Shown: positions 54,378 through 63,350, numbered from the stretch's first letter. The stretch: 64,000 nt of DNA from Candidatus Bathyarchaeota archaeon (GCA_963720565.1 CAVRFW010000003.1:106547-170546); one strand, 5' to 3'. The notes: generated from the sequence alone by a model not told the origin. Translations and numbers: made by a program.

Positions 54378-55174
54378 TTCTTTTCCAACTGTTTGAGCGT
54401 TTCGCGCAAGGCGACCATTAGTCCCTTGGCTTCTTCCTCCACTGGTTTCTCAACCACTATTGTTTCGCCTTTCAGTTTCTTCTCTATGAGTTCTTCGACT
54501 TTTCGCCTGTAGTTGTCTTCGTACTCCTCTATGTCGAATTCTCCTGAAAGGTCAGTGATTATTTTCACAGCCAAGTCTAGTTCGGTTTTGTTAGGAGTTT
54601 TGAGTTCTTTTAGCTCTTCGAAGTTGTTTGGGTTTGCAACGTCGTAGGCGTACCGCAGAGTAGTAAGCACCAGTGAGTTTTGGTACGCATGTACTAGAAC
54701 TGGGTATTCCTTTGTGCGTAGTGTTATTCTTCCTGCTCCTGCTTTGCCCATTTTTTGAAGTGCTACGAGGAGGAGATTGTACGCATCGTTACTGTTATCC
54801 GGCGTTAGAATGTAGAAACTGCTGAAGTATGTTGGGTCTACGGAGAAGTAGTCTACAAACTTGTCCAACCGGATTCGCTTGTCCGATTCTGGTTTGCCTG
54901 CCTCCAGTTCTTGTTTGCTGAAGACAACATACTCGTTCTTTGCAACTTCATAACCTTTGGCTACTTCTTCCCACGGGACTACCTTGCCGTCTTTTGTGCA
55001 GACTCTCTCGTATTTCAAAGGATGATTATCGACTTTGTGCAAGAAACGAAAGCTTATGCTCCGATCAAAAATCATCGCGAACAGCTTGACTGGAACGTTG
55101 ACCAAGCCTATTGTGATGCTTCCTGACCACACAGGTCTTCTTGACGTACGTGCGGGTTTAGACTTTTTAGCCAT
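54374..55174 (-). CDS. ku: Prokaryotic Ku
   Basis: VWSGSITIGLVNVPVKL, KGYE, YEDNYR, LMVALRETL. Confidence 0.95.
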   Translation of the reverse strand: MAKKSKPARTSRRPVWSGSITIGLVNVPVKLFAMIFDRSISFRFLHKVDNHPLKYERVCTKDGKVVPWEEVAKGYEVAKNEYVVFSKQELEAGKPESDKRIRLDKFVDYFSVDPTYFSSFYILTPDNSNDAYNLLLVALQKMGKAGAGRITLRTKEYPVLVHAYQNSLVLTTLRYAYDVANPNNFEELKELKTPNKTELDLAVKIITDLSGEFDIEEYEDNYRRKVEELIEKKLKGETIVVEKPVEEEAKGLMVALRETLKQLEKK

Positions 55175-55176
55175 CT

Positions 55177-56040
55177 TTACGCGCCATCCAATTTTTGTTT
55201 GATTTCGAAAATGTCTTTCCAGGGGTCTTTTTTCAGACTCGGAACTGTGAAGATATTGAGTTCTGCAGGCTTTATTCTTTTCTCAACATCGCTCCACTCT
55301 ATTGGAGTCGACACCGTTGCCTCGGGTACACCTCTCAGGCTGTAGGGACTCACGTTGGTTCTTCCCTGGGCGTTTTGGAGGTAGTCAACGAAGATTTTTC
55401 CAGGCTTTTTTGTGTCTGAAAATTCCGAGACCACGTTTTTCTGCTCTCTGGCTAGTTGCTGTCCGATTTTGTGAACAAAGGCCCTTGTCTGCTTGAAAGT
55501 ATATTCTTGCACAATCGGGACGAGAATGTGTAGGCCTTTTTTGCCTGAAGTTTTTACGTATGATTTGAGTCCGAGCTGGTCCAGTTTTTCCTTAAGGTAG
55601 AGCCCGACTGTCATCGCATCTTCGTATGTAGCTGGCGGTTCAGGGTCAATATCGAAAAAGATGAAGTCTGGATTGTCTCTTGTCTTAATTGTGGATAGGG
55701 GGATGTGGATTTCGATTGCGGCTAGGTTTGCCAGCCAAATGAGCGTGTCGAGGTCGTTGCATAAAACATAGTTGACGTCGCGATGTGCTGTTTCAGAATG
55801 AATCTTGTATGTTGCGACCCATAATGGAGTACCTTCCGGAGCATCCTTTTCGTAAAAACTTCCCTCGTCTATTCCATTCGGATAACGTGTAAGCACTATA
55901 GGTCTGTTAGCTAAAAACCTCAGCATTCTGGGTGCAATTCTAATGTAATATTCTATCAGTTGGGCTTTCGTAATTCCCAATTGTGGGAAGAGGATTTTTT
56001 CGAGATTTGTGAATTTAACTTTAGTTAAACTGTTGTTCAT
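55177..56040 (-). CDS. Stand-alone LigD polymerase (primase-polymerase) domain
   Basis: TNLEKILFP, RYPNGI, FDIDP, KTSGKKGLH, IFVDYLQN. Confidence 0.93.
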   Translation of the reverse strand: MNNSLTKVKFTNLEKILFPQLGITKAQLIEYYIRIAPRMLRFLANRPIVLTRYPNGIDEGSFYEKDAPEGTPLWVATYKIHSETAHRDVNYVLCNDLDTLIWLANLAAIEIHIPLSTIKTRDNPDFIFFDIDPEPPATYEDAMTVGLYLKEKLDQLGLKSYVKTSGKKGLHILVPIVQEYTFKQTRAFVHKIGQQLAREQKNVVSEFSDTKKPGKIFVDYLQNAQGRTNVSPYSLRGVPEATVSTPIEWSDVEKRIKPAELNIFTVPSLKKDPWKDIFEIKQKLDGA

Positions 56041-56114
56041 AACTATGCTGCTATTAGATACGGGCGTTTAATTGGTTTTGTATTAGCGCCAAATAGAGTT
56101 ATGACTTTTTGTCT

Positions 56115-56222
56115 ATGTCAGGTCTATCTAAATCTGCTTTTGATGCAATAAGTGTTTCAGCAACTGTCACCCGTTAAGAAAAAATTTGTGACTGGCGTAT
56201 TCGATTTAGATAGACCTTACAT
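56115..56222. repeat. 20-bp inverted repeat (19/20) with 68-bp spacer
   Basis: atgtcaggtctatctaaatc (56115-56134) / gatttagatagaccttacat (56203-56222). Confidence 0.8.
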
Positions 56223-56238
56223 GACTATGTCGCGAGGA

Positions 56239-56832
56239 CTATTGCTCATTTAATGATCTGATCAAGTTGCTGAATTTCTTTTGGATTTTGTCTTGGGTGG
56301 CAATCTTTTCAGTTGACATTGACAAGATGCCTGCAAATTCCAAGATTTCTTGCTTGGTGAAGAAGTCAACGTCGTCAAGTTTCGAAATGGCATCTTCGTA
56401 CTCTTTTGCGCCGCAGCATTCTTCTAGTTCCATTTTCAGGTCCGCCAGTTCAGAGATGACTTTCTTGTCGAATTTGAGTTTGAAGCCAATTTGGTCTAAG
56501 GCTTTCAGCGTTGTTTCAATCGTTTCTTCGAGGGCTTCTTTACTGCGAGTAGTCTTACCAAGTGCGAAGTGAAAAACTTCAGCCGTGGCCTGATAGTAAC
56601 TTTCTATAAGGTGATCCACCCGGACTTCCCTTGATACTTCGACCATGTCGCCTTCGACTAGTTTTTTTATGTGGTGGTAAACCGTTTGCGGGGTAAGGTT
56701 GAGCTCATGAGCTATCTGGCTGACAGTCATCTCTTTTGCTCGAAGGAGAAACAGGATTTTTCGTCGTGATTCATCCGCGAGGATTTTGAAAGCTTCGGGG
56801 TCGACTATCGTTTTTACTGCTTTCATAGGCAT
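56239..56832 (-). CDS. ArsR-family winged-helix regulator
   Basis: FKILADESRRKIL, TVSQIA, TVYHHIKKL; likely start MPMKAVK. Confidence 0.9.
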   Translation of the reverse strand: MPMKAVKTIVDPEAFKILADESRRKILFLLRAKEMTVSQIAHELNLTPQTVYHHIKKLVEGDMVEVSREVRVDHLIESYYQATAEVFHFALGKTTRSKEALEETIETTLKALDQIGFKLKFDKKVISELADLKMELEECCGAKEYEDAISKLDDVDFFTKQEILEFAGILSMSTEKIATQDKIQKKFSNLIRSLNEQ

Positions 56833-56987
56833 CCGTTTACAAATGAAGGTTGAAGTGGAGTGAGTATAAAAGCGTTTTGCTATATTAATTATGGTCTGTA
56901 TGTTTAAATGATAATCTTTATATATTACGCATATCTTACTCATTAAGATACTCATCTTAACAGTTAGATGAGTGGTATAGTGGTGAA

Positions 56988-57221
56988 ATGATGATGTTGA
57001 AAAGAAAAATCCCCCATCCACAGAAAACCCCCACAAACAAAATTATGGGTTTGCTTAGAAGAACAATTGAATTCCATAGAGAAGACCTCAAACCCAACTT
57101 GGGAACATCTACCGGAACAATCGCCTCGCCCAAAACAACATTGATCCAACCATTTGTGATTGAACATGAACTCAACCGCAACACAGCCATTTTGTATGCA
57201 AACACGATTCCGCCTCGATAG
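56988..57221 (+). CDS. Small hypothetical protein divergent from the regulator
   Basis: AT-rich TATA region upstream and GGTGA SD-like site. Confidence 0.45.
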   Translation: MMMLKRKIPHPQKTPTNKIMGLLRRTIEFHREDLKPNLGTSTGTIASPKTTLIQPFVIEHELNRNTAILYANTIPPR

Positions 57222-57569
57222 CTCTCTAATTGGGATCCGTATTCGCCCGGTATTCGTGTTCCTAGACTTACTATAACTATTAGCAAGCATAGTCATGCCG
57301 GGACTACATTCTGAACCTTGAATTCTGCATGATAGCAGAAAAAAGACAAGGGTAACAAAAGGCGAATTTTAATATTTTCCGTCAATTTCCCAGTAACCAT
57401 GCCGGCTATTGCACTTCAGCAACAATACACTCTTCGGTAGGCGCATGGCATAATTTTTCCAATAGGAGTCTCTATCACTGCTTCAGTACAGCCCTACCTG
57501 TAAAGACTTATAAGCATACCACAACTAATGATGAGACGCGAAATAAAAAAAAGAAAGGAGAAAAAGAGA

Positions 57570-60053
57570 ATGCATATTCTAAAAAGAAATACTATTGCTA
57601 CTGCAATTTCGTTAATTCTGATATCAGCTATGGCTCTTACACTTGTTGCTTTGCCAAAAGTCAACGCACAGCCAATATATCCAACCTACGCTTTCTGCGG
57701 TATTACACCTAATCCGGTAGGAGTAGGTCAAGCAGTACTAGTACACCTGGGAATTTCACAACAAACGACAGGCACAACTCAACAGTGGATAGGTTTGACA
57801 GTTACCGTCACTAGACCCGACGGCACAACTGAAACGCTGGGTCCATTCAACACTGACTCGACAGGAGGAACAGGCACCAACTACATACCTAGTGTGGTGG
57901 GTAATTACAAATTCCAGACACACTTTCCTGCGCAAAACTTGACAGGTTTCAGCTTCGCTACCTTCAGCATTGTGACAACTTCCTATGCTTCCAGTGACAG
58001 TCCAATAACGACTCTTGTCGTGCAGACTGAACCGATAGAATACTTCCCGGCGTTCCCGCTTCCAACTGAGTATTGGACTCGTCCAATAAACGCACAGTTT
58101 TATGAATGGGTACCACTCACTGGGAACATGCTGAGACCGGCTGGAAGCTACACTATGCCACCAATACCGAAGTACTATGCCGGGAACCAAGATGCTCCTG
58201 AAACCGCTCACATACTATGGACAAAACAGTACGCTCAAGGAGGCATGACAGGAGGCGACCTTGGTGAGGCTGGATACGAAATGGGCGATGCATACGTGGG
58301 AAAGTTCTTGAACTCTGTGGTGATTGACGGTGTACTATACTACAACAGATACCAGGAAACAGGAGGCGCTAGTGTAACCCAGGAAGTTGTCGCAGTAAAC
58401 CTTAAAACCGGTGAAGAAGTCTGGGTTAAAAACTGGGACAACAAGAGACTAGCTTTTGGTCAAGTGTACAACTTCCAATCATTCAACTACTATGGCGCTT
58501 TTGCATACTTGTGGACGGAGACAGGAAGTACTTGGGATGCTTATGATGCTTTAACTGGACGATGGGTTTACCGCATAACAGATGTACCTTCAGGCTACAA
58601 CGTTTATGGACCGAAAGGCGAAATCTACCGATACACAGTTAACACTATGGCTGGCTGGATGACTCAGTGGAACTCAAGTCGCGCTACTAATCCACAACTC
58701 ACGGGTTCAGTTGGCGACGGCAGTTGGGACTTACCTGGAAGCACAGTCAACGGGACACAGGGCTACGATTGGAACGTTACGATACCCACAGGTTTGCCGG
58801 GAGCTGTTTGCCACTATTCATTTGACGATTGCATACTTGGATCGATGTCATCTGCTTTCCCAAGCTTCAGTGGCCCAGCACTCACTTCATGGGCAATTAG
58901 CACAAAGAAAGCCACAGCGGGACAACTGATATTCAATACAACTTGGGCTGTGCCAACAGATCTTGCTCTTGCGAATTGGATTTGGACTGATGTGAGTTTC
59001 GAAGACCGCGTCTTCATCATATCATGCAAAGAGAGTCTAAGATTCTACGGATTCGACTTAGACAATGGCCAATTCCTGTGGCAAACAGAGCAAGAACCCT
59101 ACCTGCAATACTATGACAAATGGTATGGTCCGATGTACGCATATGGCAACTTCTATAGCGAACGCATGAGCGGAATGATAATTTGCTATGACATCCAGAC
59201 CGGCGAAAGAAAATGGACTTTCAACGTTACAGATCCGTACGCAGAAATCTTGTGGAGCCAGAACTGGCCAACAGTCTTCCACTTCGCAACCGACGGAAAG
59301 ATTTACCTAGCCTATGGCGAGCACTCACCTAACCTAAGTTCGCGCGGCGCACCGATGGTCTGTCTTGACGCAGAGACCGGAGAAGAAATATGGAGAATAA
59401 GCTGGTTTAGCAACTGGTGGGGCGGATACAACGTTATAGGTGACAGCATAATGGCAGGACTTAACGCAGGCTACGACAACCGACTATACGCTTTCGGCAA
59501 AGGTCCCACAGACACCTCTGTTGCAGCATCGCCAAAGATTTCGGTGAACGGAGACAGCGTCATGGTCGAAGGCATGGTGACTGACATATCCCCTGGCACA
59601 GAAGAGTACGCTTTGACTGCTCGTTTTCCAGACGGAGTTCCTGCAGTTTCTGACGAAAGCCAGACCGACTGGATGCAATACGTGTACATGCAGTACCCGC
59701 GTCCAGCAGATGCTACCGGAGTTGAAGTCACCATAAGCGTGCTTGACCCTAACAACAACGTCTACGAAGTTGCTACAGCCACAACCGATGCAAATGGCTT
59801 CTACAGTGCAGTATTCACTCCTGACGTTCCAGGAAAGTACACAATCATGGCATCGTTCGCAGGATCCAAATCATACGTTGGCTCGCACGCAACAACCGCC
59901 ATAAATGTTGAAGCAGCTCCAGATCCAACTCCAGAACCGACACAAGCACCCGCATCGTTAGCTGATCAATACGCACTACCAGGAATAGGCATAACAGTAG
60001 CAGCAATAGCAATAGTCGGAGCAGTAATAGCTCTAATGCTTAGGAAACGCTAA
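57570..60053 (+). CDS. PQQ-like beta-propeller cell-surface protein
   Basis: Signal peptide; repeated A.D..TG...W blades; Ig-like C-terminal domain; TM anchor ending RKR. Confidence 0.88.
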   Translation: MHILKRNTIATAISLILISAMALTLVALPKVNAQPIYPTYAFCGITPNPVGVGQAVLVHLGISQQTTGTTQQWIGLTVTVTRPDGTTETLGPFNTDSTGGTGTNYIPSVVGNYKFQTHFPAQNLTGFSFATFSIVTTSYASSDSPITTLVVQTEPIEYFPAFPLPTEYWTRPINAQFYEWVPLTGNMLRPAGSYTMPPIPKYYAGNQDAPETAHILWTKQYAQGGMTGGDLGEAGYEMGDAYVGKFLNSVVIDGVLYYNRYQETGGASVTQEVVAVNLKTGEEVWVKNWDNKRLAFGQVYNFQSFNYYGAFAYLWTETGSTWDAYDALTGRWVYRITDVPSGYNVYGPKGEIYRYTVNTMAGWMTQWNSSRATNPQLTGSVGDGSWDLPGSTVNGTQGYDWNVTIPTGLPGAVCHYSFDDCILGSMSSAFPSFSGPALTSWAISTKKATAGQLIFNTTWAVPTDLALANWIWTDVSFEDRVFIISCKESLRFYGFDLDNGQFLWQTEQEPYLQYYDKWYGPMYAYGNFYSERMSGMIICYDIQTGERKWTFNVTDPYAEILWSQNWPTVFHFATDGKIYLAYGEHSPNLSSRGAPMVCLDAETGEEIWRISWFSNWWGGYNVIGDSIMAGLNAGYDNRLYAFGKGPTDTSVAASPKISVNGDSVMVEGMVTDISPGTEEYALTARFPDGVPAVSDESQTDWMQYVYMQYPRPADATGVEVTISVLDPNNNVYEVATATTDANGFYSAVFTPDVPGKYTIMASFAGSKSYVGSHATTAINVEAAPDPTPEPTQAPASLADQYALPGIGITVAAIAIVGAVIALMLRKR

Positions 60054-60069
60054 GAAAAAAGCAATACCA

Positions 60070-60093
60070 AAATTTCCCTTCCCCCTTTTTATT
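60070..60093 (+). terminator. Pyrimidine-rich terminator
   Basis: tttcccttcccccttttta after the stop codon. Confidence 0.55.
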
Positions 60094-60397
60094 GGGTTAC
60101 CTTAAACTTCAAATGATTGTCTCTTACAAAATACAGATTAATGTACAGCACACTTGTTTTTATTGCCAAAACAACCTAACGTTTTGAGAACGCACGGTTC
60201 TGTTGGCGAAAAACAGCTTTGCGCAATTTAGCTTTATCCGCTAAGAATTGCCTATATCCATCGGGACTTTTGAATTGTTAAGCTAAAAATTTTGCTCTGT
60301 GAACTCCGAAAAGCGCTTTTTTCTCGTCTGATTTTCTGAATAAGCTTTTTTGTCAGAACAGACCTTATTCGGTTAACTTGCAGAAGAGGTAGTTTGC

Positions 60398-60730
60398 ATG
60401 AAAACACAGGAAACCAAGGACACAGCTAAGTCTGTCAAAGAAATAAGCAAGGACTACGTAGCTTTAGCTGAATCGGTAAGCACCGTCGCAAACGGGACAG
60501 AAGCAGCGAAGAAACTTTGGAAAAACGGAAACAAGAACATACTAATGAAAGCTGGTCTAGCCCTGATCGTGTTTCCTGAACCAATCGTTAGCGATATACT
60601 CGGCACAGCCCTGTTGGCTGCAGGAGCAGTGCAAGAAGGCATCAGACGCCAATCAATCTACCTCGACGATCTACCAAAAGCCTTGAAAAGTACACTCAGA
60701 GACCTAAGAACAACTAGAGACCTACTCTAA
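60398..60730 (+). CDS. Hypothetical protein
   Basis: SD gaggt; GLALIVFPEPIVSDILG hydrophobic hairpin. Confidence 0.75.
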   Translation: MKTQETKDTAKSVKEISKDYVALAESVSTVANGTEAAKKLWKNGNKNILMKAGLALIVFPEPIVSDILGTALLAAGAVQEGIRRQSIYLDDLPKALKSTLRDLRTTRDLL

Positions 60731-60905
60731 TTTTGCAGAAGTTGATAAACAAGAAAATTTCCGCAACTGGTTATCAACAACTAATCACAAATTCTCCCAA
60801 ACACTTTAACTTGAGAGGAAAATCGAGTTTTATCAGTATCTTCAGAAAACGAAAATAGTGAGATTAGCGCTGCCCCAAACCAATCACCCGCGTTTTTCAA
60901 CATAG

Positions 60906-61024
60906 TGGTGCGGGGGGTGGGACTTGAACCCACGAAGGCCTTCGCCAGAGGATCTTAAGTCCTCCCCCTTGTCTTAGGCTACTGGATCTGGCCGCCTATT
61001 TAGACCTGGCTCGGGTACCCCCGC
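60906..61024 (-). tRNA. tRNA-Leu(UAA) with a 31-nt D-arm intron (60969-60999)
   Basis: Acceptor GCGGGGG/CCCCCGC, anticodon arm GAGGA-CTTAAGA-TCCTC, long variable arm, GGTTCAAGTCC, encoded CCA, BHB motif. Confidence 0.93.
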
Positions 61025-61106
61025 ACCAACCCTATCACTTCACGTTTAGTATAGTTAAAGTTTTTTGAACGGATTTAGGCAGTAAGTTAAAATCTGTAGT
61101 CGCAAA

Positions 61107-61553
61107 TTAAATCTCGACGCGAACAGAAAGTATGGGCGAGTAGCTCAGTACGGATAGCCGCTGACATTGGACTGACTCTCGAAATTGTGGGGGTCGAGTG
61201 TTCTTTCGTTGGCGACTCGCAGAGAGCACCAGAGAGCACCAGCCTCCTAAGTTGGGGGTCGAGGGTTCAAATCCCTCCCCGCCCGCCACTATTTTATGAT
61301 TGGAGCTTGAATTGGAGAGATTGTTTGACCTAGAATTCTCTTGACCAACTTGACCATGGTCAGGCACTGTTTGAGACTTCAATAATTCTTCTATTTCTCT
61401 GAGATTCTCTAGTTTGCAGTAGGTGAATGTTCCTTTTTTGTAATGGCGTGTTCTAGCGTATTTTACAAAGTTGGAAGAGTTTAGGAATGCTTGAATTGTT
61501 CCTTTTTGACCACAGATATTGCAGCTATCAGTTTTGATGCATTGATACTTCAT
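61107..61553 (-). CDS. Zn-finger-like ORF running into the tRNA; possible N-terminal fragment of a split (SSV-type) integrase
   Basis: MKYQCIK..CNICGQKG..RTRHY..YCK, then VAGGEGFEPSTP encoded by the tRNA antisense strand. Confidence 0.5.
   Translation of the reverse strand: MKYQCIKTDSCNICGQKGTIQAFLNSSNFVKYARTRHYKKGTFTYCKLENLREIEELLKSQTVPDHGQVGQENSRSNNLSNSSSNHKIVAGGEGFEPSTPNLGGWCSLVLSASRQRKNTRPPQFRESVQCQRLSVLSYSPILSVRVEI
61134..61288 (+). tRNA. tRNA-Arg(CCU) with ~77 nt of intervening sequence in the D-arm
   Basis: GGGCGAGTAGCTCAG..GGATAG[..]AGCACCAGC-CTCCTAA-GTTGG..GGTTCAAATCC..GCCA. Confidence 0.88.
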
Positions 61554-61684
61554 TCTTGATTTGTCACCACCTAACCACATAGGGTTGAGCACCCAGAGAG
61601 CTGACCATCCTTATAATGACCATTAAAACTAATTCAGGGAGCGTCTAGAAAGCTTTTGATTAGTTGGGATAGAAGTTTGCGAAT

Positions 61685-61864
61685 CTATGGTTCATTGAGA
61701 AATTTGTGGAGCTTCTTTGTTGCATTTTCCAACCAACCCCAAGGATTGCCTTCTAACCAAGTAACATCCTTGGGTTCTTCTGTCTGTTTGAAGAACTCCT
61801 TTAGTCGCTTAACTAGTTTTTCAAGCCATAGCCATGGATTGTCAAACCATGTTACATCAGGCAT
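61685..61864 (-). CDS. 59-aa Trp-rich two-repeat protein, not in the ORF track
   Basis: MPDVTWFDNPWLWLEKLVKRLKEFFKQTEEPKDVTWLEGNPWGWLENATKKLHKFLNEP. Confidence 0.7.
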   Translation of the reverse strand: MPDVTWFDNPWLWLEKLVKRLKEFFKQTEEPKDVTWLEGNPWGWLENATKKLHKFLNEP

Positions 61865-61925
61865 TCTTCTTCATCTAGTTATTCGGGGATGAAACATATA
61901 ACTCATTGCATTAAAGTTCTTTTTT

Positions 61926-61953
61926 GGTGCGTAGAGAAAACTTTCCTGAAAAT
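61926..61953 (+). repeat. 28-bp intergenic repeat, copy 1
   Basis: GGTGCGTAGAG AAAACT TTCCTGAAAAT. Confidence 0.85.
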
Positions 61954-61986
61954 CTTAAATCTGCAAAGGGTAGAGATAATCTAAAT

Positions 61987-62193
61987 ATGGGCTATAAGGG
62001 CTTAGTGAGTTTTGCTGTTGGTGGAGTCTTCCTTAGCGTTGCACTTAATGTTATGTTATCTAGTGTTTTTGGAAATGATGTTGCATTAATGGCTATTCTG
62101 GTATGGTGTGCAGTATTGAGTTTTGTTGGTTTTCTGTTGTTGGGCTATGGGCTCAAAATGATAATCAGAGAGGCAAAACAAAACATACCATAG
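61987..62193 (+). CDS. Small 2-TM membrane protein
   Basis: MGYKGLVSF..; hydrophobic; flanked by repeats. Confidence 0.65.
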   Translation: MGYKGLVSFAVGGVFLSVALNVMLSSVFGNDVALMAILVWCAVLSFVGFLLLGYGLKMIIREAKQNIP

Positions 62194-62210
62194 AGTTCCC
62201 TATTCTTTTT

Positions 62211-62238
62211 AGTGCGTAGACAAAACTTTGCAGAAAAG
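62211..62238 (+). repeat. 28-bp intergenic repeat, copy 2
   Basis: AGTGCGTAGAC AAAACT TTGCAGAAAAG. Confidence 0.85.
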
Positions 62239-62351
62239 GGCAAGAATGTTTGGTCAAGGAAATTTGACTAACTAGTAAAGGCATTCTTGGTCAAGGAAGT
62301 TTGACAAAAAGTCCTTTTAGCGTGAGATACATTAATTTTGATTGATATAAG

Positions 62352-62929
62352 ATGAAAAAGAGCATTGCCCTAATTGTGCTTGCAGTTGTAGTTGCGTTAT
62401 TAGTTTTTTCAGCTTGGCTGGTTAATACTCAATTCAATACTTATCAAACACAAATTACTGATTTGCAGAGTCAGAATAGCGAATTAGAAAGCCAAATTCG
62501 TCTGCTTCAGAATCAGACAAGTTCCCTTGAAAGCCATAATAGCAAGTTGGCAATTCAGCTTGGTGACCTTACGAAACAACTAGGACTAGTAAAAGGCATC
62601 TCAATATAGAGATTGTATCTTTGTCACATGATGAAACTTGGGGTTCCTATGGAGCTATGCTTGTTTACTATGAATGGGAAGTTACTGTCAGGAACAACGA
62701 TGTTGTGACTGTGAGTGGGTTAGACTTGAGTGTAAAAGCATATTCTGGATTGGTTGAATATGGAAGTGCGTTTAATTTCCCCTATGATGTTGGGTTGTTG
62801 AATGCAGGAGAAGAGAAAGTGGTCAGTGGCATGGTTATTATGAATATACATGCTCTTACAAACTTAACATATGTGGCTGCTCTAAGAGCAGCTGATGTGG
62901 TCTTGGATACATTCACATTAGCACCTTAA
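62352..62929 (+). CDS. Membrane-anchored coiled-coil plus Ig-like protein, probable frameshift near 62592
   Basis: TM, heptad repeat, then RHLNIEIVSL.. and VTVRNND..G.LNAGEEKVV in the second frame. Confidence 0.65.
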
Positions 62930-62965
62930 ACCTGAAGTTTACTTCAAGAAACGCAAATGAAACTT

Positions 62966-62993
62966 GGTGTGTAGAGAAAACTTTGCAAAAAAA
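62966..62993 (+). repeat. 28-bp intergenic repeat, copy 3
   Basis: GGTGTGTAGAG AAAACT TTGCAAAAAAA. Confidence 0.85.
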
Positions 62994-63053
62994 CTAAATA
63001 TTCCTGACATTAACAAATTGAATGCTTTGGTCAAGCAGGAAAGTCAATAGTGA

Positions 63054-63350
63054 AACATTCTAGAATTCTACAGATTTAGTGCAGTCTTAGGATTATGTTT
63101 CTACGCTACCGTAATTATAGCAGTAACTCAAGGTATTGGGTTCATGCTTAACGAGTTTTCGTTTTATTTTCTGACAACTGCTGGAATAGTCTTAATCACT
63201 GTGGGTGTATGCGGAATCGGAAAAGAGTATTACTTCTTAAACAATCAAAACTTGTTTGTGGTTGGTTTTTTTTCGGTCATAGTTTTAGTCACAGTTATTG
63301 TGGTTTTCTATGGTGTGTGGATTGGCTTACAGACGGTTCATCATGGTTGA
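63054..63350 (+). CDS. Small membrane protein (start uncertain)
   Basis: Hydrophobic frame open from 63054; follows repeat copy 3. Confidence 0.5.
   Translation, partial: NILEFYRFSAVLGLCFYATVIIAVTQGIGFMLNEFSFYFLTTAGIVLITVGVCGIGKEYYFLNNQNLFVVGFFSVIVLVTVIVVFYGVWIGLQTVHHG

Noticed and set aside
56833..57036. N-terminal extension of the ArsR ORF
   Set aside because: It crosses the AT-rich promoter region; family similarity starts at MPMKAVK.
3303..62929. Frameshifts in secY, btuC, clp1, topA, lamG, the SPASM gene, ligD and the 62.4-kb gene as pseudogenes or programmed frameshifting
   Set aside because: They are scattered small indels, also in essential genes, with no shared slippery motif and no other decay. 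Assembly error is the simplest explanation; read mapping would confirm.
61926..62993. 28-bp repeats as a CRISPR array
   Set aside because: Intervals are 285 and 755 bp and contain genes; no cas genes are in the window.
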